Shown piece by piece: positions 25,601 through 37,575 of a stretch of DNA of 64,000 nt (position 1 is the stretch's first letter; each line of letters begins with the position of its first letter). The notes beneath the pieces are model-generated. The model made no database searches. It was given only the letters and a program-made list of their open reading frames with translations, and had not been told where the DNA came from. The stretch comes from Chiloscyllium plagiosum. Taxonomy: Eukaryota. The stretch is taken from contig NC_057745.1 in the NCBI RefSeq assembly GCF_004010195.1, forward strand, positions 6,503,142 to 6,567,141, given 5' to 3'. The position numbers were made by a program, and so were the translations under genes.

Positions 25601-27878
25601 CCAATTAAAAGAGACTGACTGGGATTTTTCAGTCCACCTCCAAGTTCCAAGGGCCAGTTCAGAGTAGCTAGGGGAGGCTGGAGGATCAGAAAGGCTCTGA
25701 GATCCACACTGCCTGTTTGGGTGCAGGCACAGAAGTAAGTGGCAACCCCAAAGAACAATTTCCAGGCCAGTTATGGGGGTGCCCCAGTGAAAATGAGGCC
25801 AGCCAGAGACAGTTTGGGACCCAGTAATGACCCTCTGCATCTTGCACACAGCCTGCCCGCATGCAGCTCACTGAACCTGGACTTTTAGTACACGTGAGAA
25901 TATCAACTTGGAGCCAAAATGTCATTAAAGACCCAGACAAAAATCAGAGGTATGTATGCACCACATGAAAGAGGAATTGAACCACCTATGCGCATTTCAC
26001 AATCTGCTTTCAAACTAGGGACACTACCACAGAAACCACACACTGCTCTATATCAATCAAGGCTATTATAGAAGGATGCAGCCTGGGATTCATCTACTGT
26101 ATCACTTGAGGCAGTCACAGTTGCATCTTTCCCAAAAATTAAAATTAACTGATGCAAGCAACTTGAACTAAAACACTCCCCATCGTGGAATAATGGACAT
26201 TTAATTAAATAAATCAAAGAGGAGTGCAAATTGCAGCAAAGGACACCATCTAAATTAGGGGCTTCCTTCACAGCAACTTGACACTACATCGCAAATGTTT
26301 ACTTTGGCTTCTAATGTGCAAGACTGGCTAGAAATGGAAGCTCCCTCTGCCAATCCTTGCTGGAAAAATCCTAAACTGCAGCACAACATCCAACATGCAT
26401 TTCAATAATGTCGAGGAAATGTAGGCATCAACTCACTGTTGTGCCAGCATTCACTCCATGTGATTATCCCAAAATTTTCAGGTCAAAATTTGAAATTTGC
26501 CTTTCCCTAATTTTAGCAAGCCCCTTTGCTCTAGTTACACCTCCTTGTTTGCTGCCTCTATTGAATTAACATTTATACACTTCACTGAAGTCCCTCTTGG
26601 TTTTCTTCTCTGATTTTAACTTGGCTGCAAAAGTTTACAAAGACATTGTGGTATTTAGTTGCTGGGAAGCTTTCATGTTGAATATGTGGCCAAGGTGCAA
26701 TCACTCTTCAGGTTATAATCGTCAACCCTCTATTAGAGACATCAGCTCAGACAGCAACTGGAGATATGGGATGAATACACACCATTTAGACAAACCTGAA
26801 ACCAGATAGTTTGAACTTGACACTGACCCAAAGTGGCCACCTGACAATCATATTTTGGCTAAATTCAGTCAACAAAAATCTTGCTGATATTTCTCACTGC
26901 CGGAGGTAGGTTCTTTCAGGTCCGTTGTTAAACCATGACCCACTCTGTCATCGCATGTTGACTTTAAACGACTCTATGGCACTGTTCTGAAGAACATGGG
27001 AGTTAACGCGGGAGTTTCTGTATCACTGGATCTTCACTGTCGCTGGGTCAAAATCTAGGACCTCCAACCCAAATGCATTGTTGGTCTACCTACAACTCAG
27101 AACACAGTGGTTCAAGAAGGCAGCTTACCAGCACCTTGAGGACAATAGTGAAGGGCAATAAATACTGACTTACTACAACTAGCAATGCCCATGTACTATG
27201 AGGGAATTAAAACAAAACCCTTGACAATATTTCACCTTGAATCAACATCCCAAAAACAGATCATGTTCATTATGAAAATGTTGCTATGCGCAAACTGCTG
27301 CATTTCCTACCTTACAACAGCGACTACTCTTAAGTAGTACTTCATTGTCCATAAAGCACTTTGGAATGACCAGAGGTCATAAAGGACACTATATAAATGC
27401 AAAAGTATTTGTTTGGAAACAATCATTTGACAACTGTCACAGGAATAATGCAAATCATCCAATATCTCATAAAAGATTGGTTGGGTTGGGGGAGGGAAAT
27501 CACAGAATTGAGGGGAGAGAAAGGGAATGAAGAGACATATAAACACACGAGTTATGAACAGCAGGCCATTCGGTCCCTTGAAGCTGTCCCACTATTTAAT
27601 AGCAAGATGACTGATCTGATGGTGGCCACAATTCCACTCGCTACCTTTGATTCCCCAGTCAGTCAAGAATCCAGGTTTCTCTGCCTGACAAAGTATTCAA
27701 TAACTTGCCACCACCATACAATCATCACAGACTGAGGGTGAGGGGCCAGCTTGGGTGTTGGGGGAGAGAGGGGGGTGGTCGTGGAACATAGTACAAGACA
27801 GAAAGTATTAATATGGGGATAAATAGAGTAAGGAAGAGCTTTCAGAGGAGACAGATGCGTGGTGGAGTATATTGATTG

Positions 27879-28086
27879 CAGGCAAGATTAGAGTGGTGCT
27901 GGAAAAGCACAGCAGGTCAGGCAGCATCTGAGGAGCAGGAAAATTGAGGTTTCGGGCAAAAGCCTTTCCTGATGAAGGGATTTTGCCCAAAACATCAATT
28001 TTCCTGCTCCTTGGATGCTGCCTGACCTGCTGTGCTTTTCCAGCACCACTCATATCTCCAGCATCTGCAGTACCCACTTTCGCCTA
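27879..28086. mobile_element. Palindromic Penelope-derived element with decayed hammerhead core and ~15-bp TSD
   Basis: Arms gagtggtgctggaaaagcacagcaggtcaggcagcatc and its reverse complement; core ctgatga-agggattttgccc-aaaac; TSD ggagtatattg(a/g)ttg at 27864-27878 and 28087-28101. Confidence 0.8.
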
Positions 28087-28914
28087 GGAGTATATTGGTT
28101 GACACTTCTGCCACCAATTTGGAGTATGGAGAACAGATAGCTGGCAAGACCATTTTCTATAGAGACACACAGCTTGGAAATATCTTTGCATTTTTCTCAC
28201 AAACCTATTTTTGCATTTTGCTGCTGCTTTAAAATGTTCAAATTTGTTCTGCCACGACTGTGGGTTACACAGATATATAAATAGGAAGCTAAAACCACAA
28301 GCAAGGAGAGGGGAAACAAAGAGTATATGTCAGACACAAAACCACATTGTTCCATTTAACTTTGTCCCTGGTATAAACCTCAGCTTTCTGCTCTTTAATC
28401 ATCTCATATTTGATTCTTGTGCTATTCTGTGCTAAATCTATTTGTTTAGCGTCTGTATTATCTCTCTCTAGATTGTATAATAGACAAGACAAAAACACTC
28501 TGTACAAAGCTGAGATCCTTAATACTACTCAGAAGTTGTGAAAGCAGCAATGAAAATGGCTCTCCTGAACATTGAGAATTCAACCTCCCTGACACACTTA
28601 GGGTAACATTCTGTCCCCAGGCATTGTAAATACATGGAACTGATCCATCAACATATCCCCAATCCCTGAACTGTCTTTCCCACACAACAGAGGGAATTGG
28701 GTGGATTTTTTTTTTTAAGAGAAAAGCCAATCTCAAGCAGAGAGCTCTGAATTTCTGAGAGGAGACTCTACTCAGTGCTCCTTCGGAAATGCAGAGCTGC
28801 ACTTCCATTGGACAGTTCTTTCCTAACAAAGAATGGTCGGGGAAGACAAACCACGTCCCCATTACACGGCAGTCAGCTGCTGTATATTCTGATATTTGAA
28901 GGACCGACAACCGT

Positions 28915-29238
28915 GGGCGGCACGGTGGCACAGTGGTTAGCACTTCTGCCTCACAGCGCCAGAGACCCAGGTTCAATTCCCGCCTCGGCAACTCTCTGTG
29001 TGGAGCTTGCACATTCTCCCCGTGTCTGCGTGGGTTTCCTCCGGGTGCTCCGGTTTCCACCCACAATCCAACAAAATGTGCAGGTTAGGTGATTTGGCCA
29101 TGCTAAATTGCCCGTAGTGTTAGGTGAAGGGGTAAATGAAGGGGAATGGGTCTGGATGGGTTGCGCTTCGGCGGGTCGGTGTGGACTTGTTGGGCTGAAG
29201 GGCCTGTTTCTGCCCTGTAAGTAATCTAATCTAATCTA
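28915..29238 (+). mobile_element. HE1-type SINE (elasmobranch V-SINE), full length
   Basis: tRNA head gggcggcacggtggcacagtggttagc, B box ggttcaattcc, V-domain gggtttcctccgggtgctccggtttcc, (aatct)n tail. Confidence 0.92.
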
Positions 29239-29629
29239 AAAAGAACATTTTCTGACAGCTGCTGCCAAACCTTACATACAAAAGGCAAGTATGATGTTAG
29301 GATACTGAGAGGGGTAGGGTGCTAGAGTACCAGATAAATAGGATGCCAGTGGAGGTGGTAGGGTGCCAGATGGGTAGGTGCCAAAGTGCCAGGTTAGTAG
29401 GGTGTCAGCTAGGTAAGGAGAAAGGGTGCCAGGGAGGGTGCACACTAGGTAGGAGTATAGTGCCAGGTGGTATGGGTAGATTATGTAGTTTGGAGAATGA
29501 GTGAGAGAAATTACGTCTGGCGCAGGGAGGGGAAGGGATTGTCAGGTTAGGCTTTGTGAAAGGGGAGGTCAGGTCAGTTCAGATTTGGTCAGATCAGGTT
29601 AGGTGGCTTTATGCCCACCTGAGCATTTT

Positions 29630-29950
29630 ATTAGATTAGGTTACTTAAGTGTGGAATCAGGCCCTTCAGCCCAACAAGTCTACACCGACCCTCCGAAATG
29701 CAGCCCACCCAAACCCATTCCCCTACATTTTACCCCTTCACCTAACACTATGGGCAGTTTAGCATGGCCAATTCACCTAACTTGCACATTTTTGGACTGT
29801 GTGAGGAAACCGGAGCACCCGGAGGAAACCCACGCAGACACAGGGAGAATATGCAAACTCCACACAGTCAGTTGCCTGAGGTGGGAATTGAACCCCGAAT
29901 CTCTGGCGCTGTGAGGCAACAGTGCTAACCACTGTGTCACCGTGCCGCCC
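29630..29950 (-). mobile_element. HE1-type SINE, full length
   Basis: Reverse complement of the same head, V-domain and tail. Confidence 0.92.
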
Positions 29951-30644
29951 ACAATTTTTCCCAGGCAATTCCGTGGAATGTGCTCCAATGGGGATTCCAC
30001 AGGTTCCTGCCTGTGTGTGTTGACCAATCCTCAATTCAGGCACACAGATTATCCCCAATACCATGAACAATACCACTCCTGTGCAACGACCTTTCATGCA
30101 GCAATCTACTGAATGCCTTTTGAAAATCCAAATACACTATTAACTCCACTCGTCCTCAAAGAACTCTAACAAATTTATCAAACTTAACTTCCATTTCACA
30201 AAAACATGTAACTCTGTTTGATCGAGTTAAGTTTTTTTCTAAATGTTTGCTATTTCTTCCTTAATAATGGACTAGAACACTTTCCAATAACTGGTCTATA
30301 GTTTGCAGCTTTGTCATCTTCCCGATTTCCTTTGAATATAGCCAGAACCATGTGAGAAGAATAAGATGAGATTTCATGGGGTCTCTGACTTATCCCCAAA
30401 TGTATTTTGCAATTTTAGTAGAGATGCTCAAAAAAATCAATGGGAACATGATACCATGTAACACAGAATAATTACACTCAAGGTACAGTTCAACTCATTG
30501 GTACAATACATGATATATGGTACTTGTATGCACACCTATGGAGAGTTAGAGAATCATGTACGTTTGATGGAAATACTCAAAAGCTGGATGCAGACTTGAG
30601 TCTCAACCCCAACACTTCTATTTCCTGTTCTTTTCTCTTTATAA

Positions 30645-31030
30645 CAACAGTTACATTTATGTGGTGCCATTATCATAGCAAACGTTCCATGGTTCTTCAC
30701 ACTAATATCATGAAATATAACTTGACACCCAAGGAGATATTAGGTTGAGTGATCACAAGCCTATACAAACAGGCAGGTTGTGAAAGGGCATCTTAGAAAG
30801 GAGAATAAAAAGATGGAGATGTTTCAGGATGACATTCCAGGACCCTGAGCTCAATGAACTGAAAACATGGGTGACAATGGTGAAAATCAGAGATATTCAC
30901 GAAACCAGAATTGAAAGAGCACAGAGATATTGGGAGAACTGGAGAGCAAAAGGGGGCTGCAGAGAAAGGAAGGAGATGAGGACATGAAGGGATATGAAAA
31001 GAGGAATGAGAAAGTTTAAAATTCAATCTT
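30645..31030 (-). mobile_element. Old L2-like LINE 3' remnant (related copy near 38110-38400)
   Basis: Shared degenerate motifs between the two loci (aaggagatattag..gatcac/gacaaaagc..tcttagaaagga). Confidence 0.45.
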
Positions 31031-31508
31031 AACAACCATCCCCAATGAAAGTCTCAAATCCTTCATGAAAATGTTAATCAACTGTCTTCACATTGACTGA
31101 ATAGTCAACAACATCTTCCTTAATGGTACAGTAACAATTCTAATTTTGCATTCCACCAATTAAAGCAAATAATTAGGACACAGACTTGACTCTCAGCCCC
31201 ACCACTTCTACGTTCTGTCCTTTTCTCTTTATAACAATAGTTACATGTACGTAGTGCCATATTTGGAGCTTTTCATATTTGGAGTTCACAAGAAAAACGT
31301 TTCCCAAGCTTTGGAAGGGCAGCAGTCACATTACTAAGGGCTAACTGTCCAGGTCCAAAAGGGCCTGTGTGAGTGACTTCAAGCAGTGAGTGACTTCAAG
31401 CTTGTGAAACCATCAGCATGAAACATGCTCGAAAACTGTGACATTACCCCAGCACAACTTAAATAACTTACATTAAATTTCAAAACAAAGTGTAACCCAG
31501 GTACTTAC

Positions 31509-31659
31509 TGCTGCATAGGTATGCCTCTCGACTGGTGATGGCTTTGTTACACTGGGCACATTGTGGAGTACGGAACGCTAAGATGGCAGTAAAACCGTGT
31601 CCGTTTACAGTTTTTTTGTCTTTGTCTTTTACTTCCTTCTCTTTTGATTTCTCTTTCTC
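31509..31659 (-). CDS. AKAP13: AKAP13-like exon: K/E-rich stretch and first half of C1 zinc finger (EKEKSKEKEVKDKDKKTVNGHGFTAILAFRTPQCAQCNKAITSREAYLCS)
   Basis: cttttctttag acceptor, gtaagt donor; 151 nt, phase 0 to 1. H-x12-C-x2-C-x11-C pattern of a C1 domain; KDKKTVNGH matches recalled AKAP13. Confidence 0.9.
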
Positions 31660-32259
31660 CTAAAGAAAAGATGAAACATCAGTGACACAAATCTTTTCCA
31701 TTTCCCATCACAGTATGCTTGATCCCAGTGAAAGCTCCTTCAGGAATTGATTTTGTGACTGCTCCCTCGCTCTGTGAATATTGATAGCACCTCTGCAAAT
31801 ATTTGGCATAAAATCACCAACCAACAAGACCCAAGTCACCTACAAGTTAAAATCTCCATTCCCTTATTTAAAATTCCTTCTCAAGATGTTACTGCAACTG
31901 AATGTTAGGCTGCTTCAGAGGACAGTGAAGAAGTCAACCACTTTGAGGATAAACTGGAGAGTTAGAGAATCATGTACGTTTGATGGAAATACTCAAAAGC
32001 TAGACCATAAGGAATGTCCAGCATGTTGGCTCTTATGGCTGTTGTATGGGCTTGAACAGCTCATGGTGCTGTATGAGTTGTTGCTATGAAAAAGGTAGCT
32101 GCCATTGTCCTTTTTAGCATAAGAATTTACAATGTCTGTTGACTCTACTGTGGCAGACTACTTCCTAGTCTAATTAGGAGAGGCTCTTGTGGTTAACAAG
32201 ATCGTGTTTACCACTGATAAAGGAAGGGTCAGTTGAAACATTCGAGAGAGCATTGGAAG

Positions 32260-32515
32260 GGACTTCAATGTGACACAGTGGTAGCCCTGGACCGAGGGGG
32301 TCATGGATTCAAGTCCCACTGGCTCCAGAGGTGTGTAATAACATCCTTGAACAGGTTTCTTTGAAAAATAAGTTAAAGTAAAAAAAAAGTCAACACAGCA
32401 TTAGAACAATGCATTGGTAGTGTCCATACCTCTGAGCCAGAAGTCTCAGATTCAAGTCCCACCCGCTCCAGAGGTGCATAATAACATCTCTAATCAAGTT
32501 GATTGGAGAATATCT
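32260..32515 (+). mobile_element. Two tandem short tRNA-derived SINEs
   Basis: Two copies of ttcaagtcccac-gctccagaggtg-taataacatc. Confidence 0.7.
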
Positions 32516-33619
32516 CAAGAGGATATCAGATGATGATTGGGATAGAAATACCGAGGAAGGATATGGGGAGCAAGCAGGTGATTGGCATTGGGTCGTGATG
32601 ATCATTTGAAAAGCCAAGTGGACTAATCTCTCTCAGCATCATAAAAATCCTGTGATTTTGCATAGTAGCAGCTAGTTACAGGTTGTACTGAGAATATAAA
32701 TATTTTTACAAAGACTTTGAGGACCAGATGTTAGGTCTCTCTCCTTTGAAATCCTAAGTTGCACTGCCCACAATATTTTCACAGTGGGTGGAGCTTATGG
32801 CCAATGCGTTCCTGAAGACGTGCACTGCGCAGCTCCTTGGAGAGTCTGCGCATGCCGATTAGTGTGTGAACCAATCGTCTTCTGTTCCAGGACTCACTGC
32901 CCAGCCCTGACCTCAGAGATCTATGCAGAAGTGGTGATTAATACAGGAAACATAGCTTATAGTACCCACCCCCATTATTAACGCTCATATCCACATACTC
33001 CCAACGACAACTGTACCATCAGCTCGATTTTGTAAACTAAATTTAAACCCTCAAACTGTCTGTTAGAATTGAACTGTTTACAGAGGATTCTGGGATCTGG
33101 ATCACCAGTCAGGAACCCTTAACCACATCACTGGATGCAAGTTAAGTTTTGGGCAAAGGCCTCATGGGTTTCCACACAATGTGATGTGCAAATATAAATC
33201 AAAGCAACTCAGGAATAGTGGCAATATGATGCTGAAACTTGGCTTTCAAAGGTTTGAGGGGGGATGATTTAGAAATATAAAGTTTTAGATTCACAATCTT
33301 GTGAAAGTATGGGTTAGCAGCAGGAGACAACCAAAGAGATTAAACAGAGTTCTCCCAGCCTTAACAGTTCAACAATGTTATTTTCCCAGAGCATTCACTG
33401 ATTCTGAAATTGAGTGAGTTCAATCGGCTTATGATAGTATAATCTTTAATTCATCACGTTACAGCTCTCGAGTTCTTCATATGTTGGCCTCACTAACACC
33501 AGTAAAAGCTCATTTTACCCAGTGCCATAACCAGGGCTCACTGTTCAAATGTAAATGACAGGACTGAAATTGATTGGGTGGAAACATTAGTAAAATCTTT
33601 CATTGGCCCATTTTCACAT

Positions 33620-33930
33620 GACAAATACTAGAGAGCATAGATTTAAGGTGAGAGGAGGAAAGTTTAAAGGAAATATGCGAGGCAGGCTTTTTTTAAATGC
33701 AGAGGGTGCTAAGTATCTGGAACCTACTGTTAGTGGAGGTAGAAGAAGCAGAAACAATTACAACATATGCAAGGCATTTGGACAGACACATGAACAGGCA
33801 GGGAATAAAGGGATAGGGGCCATGTGCAGATGGGACTGGTTTAGAATGGCATCATGGTTGGCACAGACATGGTGGGCCAAAGGGCCTGTTCTTGTGCCGT
33901 ACTGCTCTATTTTCTATGACAGTCTGATGA
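33620..33930 (+). mobile_element. CR1 3' fragment
   Basis: TREHRFKVRGGKFKG in ORF 33603..33971; tail gggccaaagggcctgtt...ttctatg. Confidence 0.8.
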
Positions 33931-35085
33931 CTGACTCTTTTAGGTTGCAAAGAGATATCAGCAAATGGTAAAGATGAGCAGAATTAAATGCTGCATCATG
34001 CTCAACACATGGTCCAGTTTGTATTGAGTTCAAAATTCATAGTCCCAGGAACAAATCTTCTTCACTCACTTTATCTCGGCAGACAGCTGCAACCAGACTC
34101 CAATGGTGGTTTCTTATATTTGCTCTAGCCTCTTCCTCTGTTTATGATGGTTTTGGCTTTCTAGCTAGCGATTAACCCTCAATCCCTGAAAACAGCCAAC
34201 TTTCTACCAAGCTGCTTCTCTCCCCACCTTTAAAATCCTTTGTAAAAGTTAATTTGACCCCAGTTTGTTACCTCCCCTAATGAGTTGATTTCGATTCTCT
34301 CCCCCACGTGAATGTTTCTAAGAACTTTCGTAGAAATTCTAAGCAGCTGTTACAATAAAGTCATTCAAAAGCTAATTTGTTTTAAACGTTGGAGACCCAC
34401 AGCACAGAGAACAAGTGTAGAGACCCTCAATTGAATATCTCCTTCATCAGGGCCCACAGGACAGACAAGTGATTGAATGCATCGAGATATTAAGCCAAAA
34501 GGGAATTGCAGTTCCAATTCTTGGTCTTCGTTGAATAGTAAGTGTCAACAGCCCTGATATTTCAATATCTTTGGATTAGGGAAATAAAGTAAATCAGGGA
34601 GGCACAACATTTCGTGATCATATTCAATAACATCTGAAGCGTGTACATGCTCACAACAGGATTCGGGCTGAATACAATGCCACACAAGGCAGAATTGCCT
34701 GCACTTGCAGGTGAATGAGGAAGATACCACGCAGAATCAGCAACAAGAAAGAAAAAGAGAGAGAGAGAGGGTCAGAGACAGAGGAGAGAGAAAGAAAAGA
34801 AAACAAGTCACGTCAACACTGAGCCAAGACTAAACCAAGCTTCCTGCCAGTGAACCTCCCCCATTCTAACTGTGTAACATCTGCTGCAACATCTCCGAAT
34901 CTTCTTACAAAACTCTTCCTTACCCATGTGCTACAGAAGCTGTTCCTGTATTTATTTACGAAGTGACAAAGTAGAGCTGTGTTTTTTGTAACATGTTGGC
35001 AACCGCCCAAAAAAAATGTGGAATTGATCAGAGGCAAATGCTCTGCAATGCATACGATTAAAGGGACCTACAGCAGACAAACCAA

Positions 35086-35239
35086 TAGAGAAAAACCTTG
35101 ATTATCTGAGCGAGATGGGTGGGAAGTATTTGTTCAGATAACTGATTGTTCGGATAACGTTTTTATGGGATCTTGAGATCTTGTTCGGATAATCTGAAAT
35201 TCGGATAATTGATGTTTGGATAACCGAGGTTGTTCTGTA
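35086..35239. mobile_element. Tigger/pogo-like MITE
   Basis: TIR-like ends aaaaaccttgattatctga / tggataaccgaggttgttctgta; internal ttcggataa repeats. Confidence 0.65.
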
Positions 35240-35416
35240 TAGAGGCAATCTTGTACAGACACAAACTACATTGATATCGTGTCCAAGACACAGGTTTAAA
35301 CCCATAAAAGGCAAATTTAGAAGTGATGTCTGAAGTTCACATGCAGTGATCAAAGATTACAATCGATGTTTAATTTTGAGTAATGGTGTAAATCTGAATT
35401 TTTGTTGGAACCAAAT

Positions 35417-35917
35417 AGAGAGAACATAGAAAAGTAAAGCACAGAACAGGCCCTTGGGCCCACGATATGCCAAGGATTATTCCTAATCTAAAATAAAATA
35501 ACCTAACCTATGCACTCCTCAATTCACTGCTGTCCATGTGCATGTCCAGCAGTTGCTTAAATGTCCCTAATAACTCTGTTTCCACCACCACCGCTGGCAA
35601 CACATTCCATGCATTCACAACTCTCTGCGTAAAGAACCTACTTCTGACATCTCCTCTATACTTTCCTCCTAATATCTTAAACTATGACCCCTCGTGCCAG
35701 TCAATCCTGCCCCGGAGAAAAGTCTCTGGCTATTGACTCTTTCCATGCCTCTCATTACCTTGTATACCTCGATCAGGTCACCTCTCTTCTTCCTTCTCTA
35801 CAGACAGAAAAGTCCAAGCTTAGACAACCTCTCTTCGTTAGAGAAGCCCTCCAGTCCAGGCAGCATCCTGGTAAACCTTCTTTGCACCCTCTCCAAAGCC
35901 TCCTTATCTTTCCTATG
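35417..35917 (-). mobile_element. CR1 3' fragment
   Basis: Same subfamily as 14080-14960 by direct comparison. Confidence 0.85.
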
Positions 35918-37387
35918 AAGGAACTTTCTAGCTCAATGAAGAAACTCGAGCTGGATGTTTCCCCCATCCACATTTACCCAGTGACAAAGTGATAGTAAAT
36001 TGCTGCTGAGAGGCGTGGGGGTGGGTGGGTGTGTGTGTGTGCATGCATGAGAGAGAGCAAGAGAGGGAATGCATGAAAGTGTGCAAGGAAGAGAGAGAGA
36101 AAGACCAAGGGGAGTGGGGGTGGGAGAGGAGGGGCAAAAGGGAGAAAAGCCAAATTGCAGGAAAATGTGAAGATTACACAGCAAGCCTGGCATCATCTAC
36201 TGAGGGAGAGATGGAATTACCCCTTCAGGTCTGTGGCATTTCATCAATGGTCATATATCTGAAACAGTAACCTTTCCTCTCCCTCTTTTGTTTGTGCTTT
36301 ACCTCCATGTTTCCAGCATCTATAGTTAATTTGGCTACTGCTAGAAGGAAATCCCCTTTTCCAATGTCTCCTGTGACCAGCTGCAGGGACCCATGAGGAT
36401 GCTGGATGTGTAACCTTTATCCTGCTAGTGAGCCATCACCAATGGCTGCATCCCACAGTACAGTACAGGAAGTAGTATTTTGGGAGTGATCCAGACACAG
36501 ACAAACGTAGACAAAGAGTAGCTTCATGGTGACGATGCTGCAATGCTTTGAATCAGAATGAGCAATAATCCTTGCCTTTCAATGCTCATCCTGCACTGTC
36601 TTAGTTGTCAGTAGCTGAATCCAAACTGACCTCAAACATACCAGTCTCGTACAATAGTCTAATAGGCAAGCACAACATAGGAAATAATGTCACACCTCAT
36701 CTTTGCCACTAAGTGACAAACACTGAGGTTAGGACTAACACACTAAAACGTTGCTCTTTCTTCAAGATCTACAATTCCTTTAGTAAACCATAATGATTCA
36801 CCAACTTTCAACATTATATTCTGATCCCTGTCTCAATAACTCAGCGGCATTCAGTGAGAATTCCAAATGGCCTCTTTTCCTGGTAATTGCTCTATATATT
36901 GCCTCGCTTTATACCATCATTTATCCTTAATGCAAGACAGCTGTCTCTGCTCATTTCATAAACAAATACTTGGATTCAAATTCAACATTATGAACAGCTT
37001 TGCTTTCACTAACTTTTTTGGACTCAGCATAAAACCAAAGAAGATTGATCTTCCCTGGAACACTGCAGAATAGATTTACATTTTGTTCCCTGACGGTTTC
37101 TATAAAAACCGAAATCTATATTAACACACACAACAGTACAGCTCCCAACTGCGTTAACAGGGAACAGACACTGTTAAAACATGTGCAAAAGATTTAATTT
37201 CAAAAAGCAGTGAAATATTAGACACCACGATTGGAGATGGGAGTCTATCATAGCAGATTGTAAACAGGAAACCAAGAAAAGGCAGCCAAAATGAAGACGT
37301 TAACAGTTGTGAACATTTAAGCTTTCACTTCCTGAGCAAACATGGTAGTTTAACATCATTTGCACTGCGAATCATTTTATTACCTAC

Positions 37388-37435
37388 CACTTTGAACGGA
37401 CTTGACTGCGTTATAGAAAATTTAATCCACGACAT
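37388..37435 (-). CDS. Candidate alternative first coding exon (MSWIKFSITQSSPFKV) splicing to exon 31509-31659
   Basis: ATG at 37435, 16 codons, gtaggt donor in phase 0, promoter-like motifs upstream. Prediction only. Confidence 0.35.
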
Positions 37436-37504
37436 AACTCAGCTCAGGAGAATTCTGCCTCTCACATTCTGGTTACAGAAGAAAATGAACTGACTGTCTC
37501 AATT

Positions 37505-37575
37505 TGCCCATGACGTACAATTCAGTCAGAGGAAGTTGGGGTCTGGAGAGGGGGAGGCAACCCTTTATAGGGTCT
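37505..37575 (-). promoter_or_regulatory. Candidate internal promoter: CArG box CCTTTATAGG (37562-37571, also TATAAAG on minus strand), ETS motif AGGAAGT (37530-37536), CRE-like TGACGTA (37511-37517)
   Basis: Motifs read directly in non-repetitive intron sequence; function is inferred. Confidence 0.35.

Noticed and set aside
28915-28990. tRNA gene
   Set aside because: The A/B boxes belong to a SINE head continuing into the V-domain; no complete cloverleaf. The same applies to the other SINE heads.
28458-29066. 202-aa minus-strand ORF
   Set aside because: It starts inside an antisense HE1 SINE and has no recognisable domain; a chance ORF.
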